A stretch of 7,192 nt of DNA from Zygophlyctis sp. KS116 (lineage: Eukaryota > Fungi > Chytridiomycota): assembly GCA_054661495.1 (NCBI GenBank), contig BAAFSQ010000414.1, positions 1 through 7,192 on the forward strand, given 5' to 3'. Below are positions 1 through 6,681 of the stretch, piece by piece. The notes below the pieces were generated by a model, which was not told the origin of the DNA, made no database searches, and saw only the letters and a program-made list of their open reading frames with translations. Within the stretch, counting starts at the first letter, position 1. Each line of letters opens with the position of its first letter. The position numbers and the translations under genes are program-made.

Positions 1-133
1 TACTATGGACATGGTGGGAGTGTTTAACCTAGTTTAAAAATCTGAAATTGTTAGATATCTTCTTATTCTTCAGTATATCTAGCTCTCTACCTTTGACCAT
101 AAATTTAAAAAGAAAATTATAAATTAAAAAGAA

Positions 134-1089
134 ATGCAGACTAGAAATAAACCATGGACTCCTCCTCCCTTTCAGCCTCCTGTAAGAGTATCTACGCCTG
201 TGCAACAACAACAACAACAGCCAGGTCATCAAGGACAGCCAGGACAGCCAGGACAACAAGGAATGTCGCAGCAACAAGGACAACACGGACAGCAAGGACA
301 ACAAGGACAGCAAGGACAGCAAGGACAACAAGGACAGGGACTTAATTTTATAGACTCTTCAACTGGACAGCTGGGATATGCTCTAGGAAGTCAAATGTAC
401 TCTCAAGTCTCTGAAAATGTGAATTCAAATCTAGGAAAAGTAGTTTCTCTAGGACAATTAAGAACTTTATTTAAAGTAGATCATTCGTATGTGTCTGGAA
501 AGATTTCTTTAATTTTATTTCCTTTTAGACACTCTAATTGGTCTAGAATAGGAAACTTGGATTTGGGATATAAAACTCCACGTGAAGACTTGAATGCTCC
601 TGATCTTTATATACCTGTAATGGCTTTTGTGACTTTTGTTTTATTATCTGGAATTTCTTTTGGAATTTCTAAAAAGTTTACTCCAGATTTATTAGGAAGA
701 ACGTCTTCTACGGCTCTATTTCTATTGGCTCTAGAAATTTTATTAATTAAAGGTGGATCTTATTTTCTTAATCTAAATTCTTACTCTTGGATAGAGTTGA
801 TTGCTTATACTGGTTATAAATTTGTATCTCTAGATTTAATTAAATCTATGCAACTTTTTATAGAAAGTAGAATGCTAGTATATTCTATATTTTTATACTT
901 GATGATTGCATATGGATTCTTTACAGTAATTTATTAATTTCTTAAATTTAGTTACGATCTACTAGATATCTTGTTCTTGGAGAGAGTGGATCTTCAGAAC
1001 TTATTGGAAAGGCAGCAAGAAAAAGGAGAATTGTATTTTTGTTTTTAGTTGCTGGAATTCAACTTTTGAATTGTTGGATTTTATTTTGA
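134..1089 (+). CDS. YIF1: Yif1/Hrf1-family ER-Golgi transport membrane protein, 309 aa; exons 134-925, 952-1089
   Basis: Family motifs seen: LRTLFKVDHSYVSGKISLILFPFRH, PREDLNAPDLYIPVMAFVTFVLL, KFTPDLLG, ELIAYTGYKFV. Removing the 26-nt intron 926-951 gives the typical C-terminus YGFFT|LRSTRYLVL...RKRRIVFLFLVAGIQ, ending at TGA 1087-1089. Confidence 0.95.
203..340 (+). repeat. Coding tandem repeat: (CAA)5CAG followed by a degenerate 9-nt GGACARCMA array encoding GQQ/GQP
   Basis: Directly visible (caaggacagcaaggacagcaaggacaacaaggacag); translates as QQQQQQPGHQGQPGQPGQQGMSQQQGQHGQQGQQGQQGQQGQQGQG. Confidence 0.95.
926..951 (+). other. Spliceosomal intron, 26 nt, phase 0 (YIF1)
   Basis: gtaatt...cttaaatttag; contains an in-frame TAA; removal restores the conserved Yif1 C-terminus. 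Confidence 0.95.
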
Positions 1090-1133
1090 ATCTGTAGCTA
1101 TACAGGAATTGAAAGTAAGAATTTCTTAAATAA

Positions 1134-4100
1134 ATGAAATTTTCAGAATTTATAGTCAATTTAAAGAGTCCGTCATGGTTAGATTTATCAGGATTTCTTT
1201 TGCTTTTTCCAGAATTGGATTTCTCTAGAAAGTTTGGGATTTCAGAGTCAAGTTTAAAGACTGAATTGTTTAAATTAAACTTGTTAAAAAGAGTTGATTC
1301 TAGTCAAGAGAGGGATTTTTATGAATTTATTAAAAAGTGTTTTTGTCCTTTAGAATCAGAAAGTCTCTCTGTGCAACAAGTTGGGGATTATTTGGATGAA
1401 TTAGCGTCAAAATGTAAATATTCTACATTGGAGTCTGGAAATTCAATGGTGGAAAGTAAGAGATCTAGATCAGAAATTATATTTGATTTATTCAATGTAT
1501 TTTTAAAATTATAAATTTAGGGACTGGATGGGGATGGAGCAATGTGGTTAAGTAGAATTATCTTGAAAAATCTAAAATTTAATGATCCATGGACTAGACT
1601 CTATGAATATCATCCTTGTGCAGTGATAATATTTAGGAATCAGAATTGTTTAAAGGTTTTACACAGGAATTTAAACAAAATTCATCAGAAATATACGATA
1701 CAAGAGTTGAAAAATGATAAAAGTTTGAGGATCAAGGCGTATCAGGATTATGGAAGGCCTCAAGTTGTAATTATATATTTTTAAAATAATATAGGGTGTA
1801 AAGATTTCAAATATGGAATGTGTAAGGCCAAGTAGTGTTGCTTGTGTTTTGGATAATTTAAGGCAAAAAGGAAATGATGTTGCATTTGCAGAAATTAAAT
1901 ATGATGGGGAGAGGATGCAGATTCATGTTTTAAATCAACAAGAAAGGGATAGAATTAGAATTTATTCTAAATCTGGAAGGAATTCTACAATTGATAGGAA
2001 ATATACTCATCATATTATAAATCAGACATTGGATTTATGTAACAATGATCGTGAATATAAAGTTTATTTTGGAAAAGAACCTTTAGACTCGCTAGTAAAG
2101 GTTGATGAAGTTATATTAGAAGGAGAATTATTGGTTTATAATTCAGAAACAAAGGAAATTGAACCTTTTGGTGGGATACAAGCATTTTCTCGTGGAAGTA
2201 TTATAGAGACTGACAAAAGATATGTACTCATCAAGTTTTTTGATATATTACATTTGAATGGATCGTCATTGCTAAGAATTCCATTTATTGAAAGACGAAG
2301 GATTTTAAATTCTGTAATCAAAATAATACCTACAAGAGTATAGTTATTGCAAATAATTTAAAGGCCGAAATTGGGGATTTAAAGGAATTTAAAGTTCCAA
2401 CAACACTCTCTATGGAAAGTTGTAGGCATTTATCTGATTATTTTACATCTGTACTGATGAAAAAAGAAGAAGGTTTGGTGGTTAAAGGCACACTTTCTTT
2501 ATACAGTCCTGCTGAAAGAGATGATTGGTTCAAGGTGATTATGATTTTCTAAAATTCAAGTTGAAATTGGGCTATCTCGGTTTAGGAGAAACTGCAGAGT
2601 ACTCTGTAATCGGCGGTTCTTTCAGTAGCAAGCATAATGATTTTCTGAATTTAAGTAGAGTTTGATTTTATTACTCATAATAGATGCAAAAAAATATGGA
2701 AGTATGCTGAATGTTTTTCATGTAGGCTGTCTACTAAATAAAGAAGAAGTGAATTTGAATGTAAGTATGATGAATAATTTGAAAGGGAGTTCCTGGTAGA
2801 TTTCGTCTTTTGTTTTCTTTTTCTCTTGGATTTTCAAAGGAAGAGCTCATTCAGTTTTCTCAATTTTTAAAACCTATCATGATTTCTGCAAAAAACAAAT
2901 TTCAGTCAATGGTAAGGATGTTCAGTATCTTATCTTGATAGAACGACTCGCTGCTTTCGTATAATTTCGAGTCTGATTGGTATCAGCCAGAAGTGAAAAT
3001 CGATTATTTTTTTCAATATCCCATTCCTGTAGAATTGACAGGACAAGAATTTGAAAGAAAATATCATCCGCAGACCCGCTCCTACTTTTGGAGTCTGAGG
3101 CATCCAGTTTTCACTAGACAATGTGGAACAGACAAATTGTGGATGGATACAATCTCTTTCAAAGAGCTGCAGGTTTTCATTTTTCACATTAAATTTAGAA
3201 TTTAGCGACGGATAAATCAACTGTTCGAGGAAAAACAATATCTGACATTAAATCACATATTTTCTCGGTCAACAAAGAATATCTACATCCCAACCCCCAG
3301 AAACAGCGTCAAAAGAAACTTCCATTTGCATTTGAAACTACTCATTATGTAGATTTAATCAATCAAAAATTGGCCAAGATTAGAAACCCTGGATTAAGAG
3401 GATATTTAGACTGTAATCATTTTGAATCATGCCAAACTCAATTAAATCATACTACTATTAATTATTCAGAATCTACAGTGGCAAGCTTACCGGATTCAGT
3501 AACGAATGGCGCTTTATTAGAAATCGCATGTCCTTCATCTGAAGATGGACTGAATTTACCCGATCGTTTTTCAAGCGATGATCGCGAGACTGTGGAAGTG
3601 GAATTCGTTAATTCCAATTCTGAAGAAACTATTAATCATACTAGTGATCATTTAAAGGAGTACTTGAGGAAAGAATCATGTCTTAGTATCCAATCTCTTT
3701 CAAATATGAATGATAATGACGAGAAAGAAAATATATATCTGGACATGCAAATTCATAATGAAAATAAATCCAATACTAATGCAAATATTGTACCAGAAAC
3801 CATGGTTTGGGCCGATTGGAATAATTCTGAATACTTATTTGCGGTAATACTTCATCAATGTTTATTTTAGGCGATCGTAGATTCCAGATCAGCTGATTTT
3901 GTTTTTGTATCATTTATCTCCACTGGTGAGAAATCTACTCTAATATTTATAGATAATTTTGATAATCTGCCTAAAACTTCTGTAAAAATCATGATTGAAG
4001 ATATACATCTTTTAACTATGAAAGCGGGTGAAAAGGTGTTTTGTGGAAATCCACAAATAAATTTCAAAAAAGGTCCATTTGTCATTACAAAAGTCTATCC

Positions 4101-4563
4101 AAATTGTTTCAAAATTTGGAATGGATCTTATTTTTTGATAGAAACTCTAGGAAGTATTTTTTTGTCAAAACAAGTGTTGATAAAAAATAGCAAACTCTCA
4201 AACTTTACCAAACTTTTTTCCAATTATAGTGCAACAGTTTGCTTTTCTCCTGATGGAAAGATTGGTATTTTAATTGTTCTAAATTATATAGAAAGTGAAT
4301 TATACCCTGATTCGTTTTCTGATTCTATAAACACTTTTTCTGAACGCGGCGGACTTTTAGAGGACGGGCAAGTTCTAAATGATTGCTTGAGTAAGTATGT
4401 GCGTTTATGCATTACTAATCAACCAAGCAATGGGGATATTTATAGATCAGCGTTAGTTAAAAAAAGATTAATAGTATCTTATGAATGGATCAATCATTGT
4501 GTAAAGAATGTAGGTTTTATGAATTTACCAATAGGATATTCTTATTCCCGAGTCTGTATTTAG
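1134..4563 (+). CDS. ATP-dependent DNA ligase (LIG4-related, resembling the uncharacterised fungal ligase subfamily) with C-terminal tandem Tudor and BRCT; about 1044 aa; exons 1134-1496, 1521-1766, 1795-2337, 2364-2534, 2561-2654, 2684-2760, 2786-2911, 2942-3172, 3199-3843, 3871-3925, 3953-4264, 4292-4563
   Basis: After splicing: DBD-like LLFPELDFSRKFGISESSL and AMWLSRIILKNL; motif I EIKYDGERMQIH (adenylated Lys at 1897-1899); Ia IYSKSGRNST; III ILEGELLV; IIIa FFDILHLNG; IV EEGLVVK; V WFK|LKLGY; OB fold FHVGCLLNK and motif VI SLRHPVFTR...DK. Every frame break is bridged by a 24-30 nt GT-AG intron. The 3' end is uncertain (see findings). Confidence 0.9.
1497..1520 (+). other. Intron, 24 nt, phase 0 (ligase)
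   Basis: gtattt...ataaatttag; in-frame TAA; joins DLFN|GLDGDGAMWLSRII. Confidence 0.92.
1767..1794 (+). other. Intron, 28 nt, phase 0 (ligase)
   Basis: gtaatt...aataatatag; joins GRPQV|GVKISNMECV. Confidence 0.92.
2338..2363 (+). other. Intron, 26 nt, phase 0 (ligase)
   Basis: gtatag...ataatttaaag; opens the exon carrying motif IV EEGLVVK, which is absent from the ORF track. Confidence 0.9.
2535..2560 (+). other. Intron, 26 nt, phase 0 (ligase)
   Basis: gtgatt...ctaaaattcaag; reconstitutes motif V WFK|LKLGYLGLGETAEYSVIGG. Confidence 0.93.
2655..2683 (+). other. Intron, 29 nt, phase 1 (ligase)
   Basis: gtagag...cataatag; this donor reaches the FHVGCLLNK frame, whereas the donor at 2660 runs into a stop. 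Confidence 0.85.
2761..2785 (+). other. Intron, 25 nt, phase 0 (ligase)
   Basis: Consensus gtaagt donor ...ataatttgaaag; joins EEVNLN|GVPGRFRLLF. Confidence 0.92.
2912..2941 (+). other. Intron, 30 nt, phase 0 (ligase)
   Basis: gtaagg...cttgatag; in-frame TGA; the downstream frame contains motif VI. Confidence 0.9.
3173..3198 (+). other. Intron, 26 nt, phase 0 (ligase)
   Basis: cag|gttttc...ttaaatttag; gives SFKELQ|NLA and opens a 645-nt stop-free exon. A second acceptor lies at 3205. Confidence 0.85.
3844..3870 (+). other. Intron, 27 nt, phase 0 (ligase, inside Tudor1)
   Basis: gtaata...tttattttag; the acceptor TAG is itself the in-frame stop; links ORFs 3370 and 3991, which share a frame. 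Confidence 0.92.
3926..3952 (+). other. Probable stop-free in-frame intron, 27 nt, phase 1
   Basis: gtgaga donor, ctaat branch motif, tag acceptor, typical length; not required to keep the frame. Confidence 0.75.
4207..4551 (+). other. Predicted BRCT domain within the ligase CDS
   Basis: KLFSNYSATV (beta1), FSERGGLL (GG turn), LCITNQ (beta3), IYRSALVKKRLIVSYEWINHCVK (alpha2, beta4 and WxxxC alpha3), then LPIGYS as in the 53BP1/Crb2 inter-BRCT linker. Confidence 0.85.
4265..4291 (+). other. Probable stop-free in-frame intron, 27 nt, phase 1
   Basis: gtattt...ctaaattatatag; same donor as intron 1497; removes an out-of-place hydrophobic ILIVLNYI stretch from a BRCT loop. Confidence 0.72.
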
Positions 4564-4633
4564 ATTATCAAGATTCATCTAGATACCAACACTTTTGTCC
4601 GAAAAAACAATTTTTGGTGGTTTAGGGCTGTTA

Positions 4634-6538
4634 ATGACAAAATCTATTTCACAGATTCTCAATGCTCCAGTTTTAGCCCCTCTAAAGAAAAATGTCTTTA
4701 AGATCAAGAGCGATTTCTTAAAGGATGCTTGTATATCAGTGCGATCATCTAATCAAGGACTTATTCAAAAATCAGATCTTGATTCTCAGAATAGGTTTCT
4801 CAACAAGGCTGCTATGGCTGGAAATACTGATGCATTATATGATATATTTAAAAAAACAGAAAAAAAAGATTTTAAAGTATATTCTATCATGATAAAGGGC
4901 CTCACAGTTGCTAAAGATTTGATGGGTGCATTCGCAATGTATCGAGAGATGAAGTATTTAGGCATTCAACCTAATCAAATTGTTTATACTGATCTGATCA
5001 AGGCATGTTTAAGGAATAGACAGGTTGATCGGGCTTGGAAAACTTGGGATTTTATGCGATCACATATTTCTGAACCTGATTATAAAAGTTATTCTCTAAT
5101 GATTCATGCCTGCTCTTATACTGGTGAAGTAGAAAAGGCATTTGGTCTTTTCGAAGAAATGGTAAAAAGCTTTAAAACTAATAATTGGTTAGAAGGAAAA
5201 AGGTCTTGAAATTACACCCACCACTTTATGTAGTCTTATTCAGGTCTGTGGCTCAAGAAGAGACTATTATTTAGAAAGCTTTAATTTGTTTGATCAGCTT
5301 AAGGATATCCAAGTAAAACCAAATCTTTATATTTTTAATACTCTACTTAGTGTGACTTCTAGAGAAGGGGATTACACAAGGGGTATTGCTATATGGAACG
5401 AGTTGACCGAGAACCAAGGTAAATCCTATATTTGATGATGTTAGATGTGGAAATTAATGAATATTCCTTTTCCGTGATATTTAAGACACTAGCAAGGGGT
5501 TTAGCCAAATTAAGCAGTGAGATTAAATCTCTTTCCATAAATTTAAACGCAAGTGAAAATTCTCTAGATTCATTGCCAAATAATGGTCTAAATGATATGA
5601 ATAAATCAGATAATGAAATAACAAGAGAATCAAGCACAGCGGATGACTCTATTTCATCAAATAATGTGAATGATTATCGCAGTAGTACCGATACTTCTGG
5701 AATTAATCTGGAAAATCCTGAAACCTCTACTAATCCTTTTGAAGAAACAAGAATTATATATGAAAAAGCAATAGAGATTTGGACATTGCTAAACTCTCAG
5801 TACACATCTCTTATAAATAATCATATTCTTGATACATATCTAAAAGTTTTGTGTAGTATTCCAATCACAAAGGAATCTTATGAAAATGCATTAAATTTTT
5901 ACAGAGAAAACTACTCTCAGTGTCCTGATAGCTCAAAAGGATATGGATATCTTTCACTACTAGGATATGTCATTAAAAGCCCACAAGTATTCAAAGAGCA
6001 CGGACCAACTCTTTGGAAAGAATTCTTAGACTGGGATAATACTCAAGAATCTAAACTTTTGACTAAAGGTTTAACAGAGATTGAAAAAGAAGAAATTAGA
6101 TTTACTGAAAATCGCGATAGAGATTCTATTTTGAAGGCCTTTATTTGGATGGTTAGAGGATATACTAGATCAGGCCATACTGATGATGCTCTAGAAGTAC
6201 TCAAGAGTAGTCAATCCTTTAGAAGTTTAGATTATCTTCGTCCTATATTTTTTAGAGATATTTGGGTCTTGGTCAAAAGAGCAAGAGATCAATCACAAGA
6301 TGGAAAATGGGCATTGGCTCAAGAACTCTCAGAAATTTGCTCGAGTAACAATACAGATCCTCTACAAGCTGTTCAAAAATCAATGAAACAAAGACTTATG
6401 CCTCAAAATTGGTGGGGATGGAAAGCTGTTGGTTTAGATGAAGTTGATTTGAAACATCTCCAAAAAAAGAATAAACGCATCAAACATAAAGTAAACCAAA
6501 TCTCTGGCTTAAATAAGAAACAAGAAAAACATAGATAA
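4634..6538 (+). CDS. P-type pentatricopeptide repeat protein, probably mitochondrial (possibly Ccm1-like); 615 aa from ATG 4634; exons 4634-5161, 5193-5418, 5445-6538
   Basis: Consecutive 35-aa PPR motifs: VYSIMIKGLTVAKDLMGAFAMYREMKYLGIQPNQI, VYTDLIKACLRNRQVDRAWKTWDFMRSHISEPDYK, SYSLMIHACSYTGEVEKAFGLFEEM|KEKGLEITPT, TLCSLIQVCGSRRDYYLESFNLFDQLKDIQVKPNLY, IFNTLLSVTSREGDYTRGIAIWNEL, plus distal AFIWMVRGYTRSGHTDDALEVL. The first in-frame ATG is 4634 (the ORF track's 4595 is TTG); the start is uncertain. Confidence 0.9.
5162..5192 (+). other. Intron, 31 nt, phase 0 (PPR), with NAGNAG acceptor tagaag
   Basis: gtaaaa...ctaataattggttag; restores 35-aa PPR periodicity (EEM|KEKGLEIT). Confidence 0.92.
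5419..5444 (+). other. Intron, 26 nt, phase 1 (PPR)
   Basis: gtaaat...gatgttag; in-frame TGA; joins ELTENQ-D-VEINEYSFSVIF. Confidence 0.92.
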
Positions 6539-6681
6539 GAGAAGTTAATATTTTACAGATAAAATTTTTTAAAACATTTGATTAACGGGGTTTAGGAATG
6601 AAAATTAATACCCGGATAAACCTCACATTCAGAGAAAATTCAAAAAAATGAAATAAAGTGAAGAAATATTTATTTCTACAC

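Larger units (their letters stand above)
3793..4173 (+). other. Predicted tandem Tudor domain within the ligase CDS
   Basis: PETMVWADWNNSEYLFA|AIV...VFVSF matches the spacing of 53BP1 Tudor1 (VAKWSSNGYFYSGKI...LLF). DIHLLTMKAGEKV and ETLGSIFL resemble Crb2/Rad9 Tudor2 (IKRFFLKKGDVV, VPISTIYV). Reference sequences recalled from memory. Confidence 0.7.

Noticed and set aside
1-100. Possible neighbouring gene fragment (plus-strand ...YYGHGGSV* ending at 27, or minus-strand starts at ATG 100 or 12)
   Set aside because: Too short to identify; the splice combinations I tried from the donor after ATG 100 hit stops.
29-345. ORFs 29-331 (-, LSLLSL) and 154-345 (+, RTARTT)
   Set aside because: Antisense and shifted-frame shadows of the stop-free 9-nt repeat in YIF1.
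3349-3378. Additional candidate in-frame 30-nt intron (gtagat...ccaag) in the ligase linker
   Set aside because: Not needed for frame, no branch motif near the acceptor, and no homology support.
1134-4563. Ligase as a frameshifted pseudogene or several small genes; alternative genetic code
   Set aside because: All breaks are resolved by uniform GT-AG introns with catalytic motifs intact; frame changes cannot be explained by stop reassignment.
2136-5637. Minus-strand ORFs 2136-2321, 2930-3238, 3867-4085, 5389-5637
   Set aside because: Antisense to well-supported exons, with no recognisable motifs.
6580-6625. Weak inverted repeat (ggttta/taaacc) and telomere-like gggtttagg between convergent genes
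   Set aside because: Only a 6-bp stem and a single unit; expected by chance.
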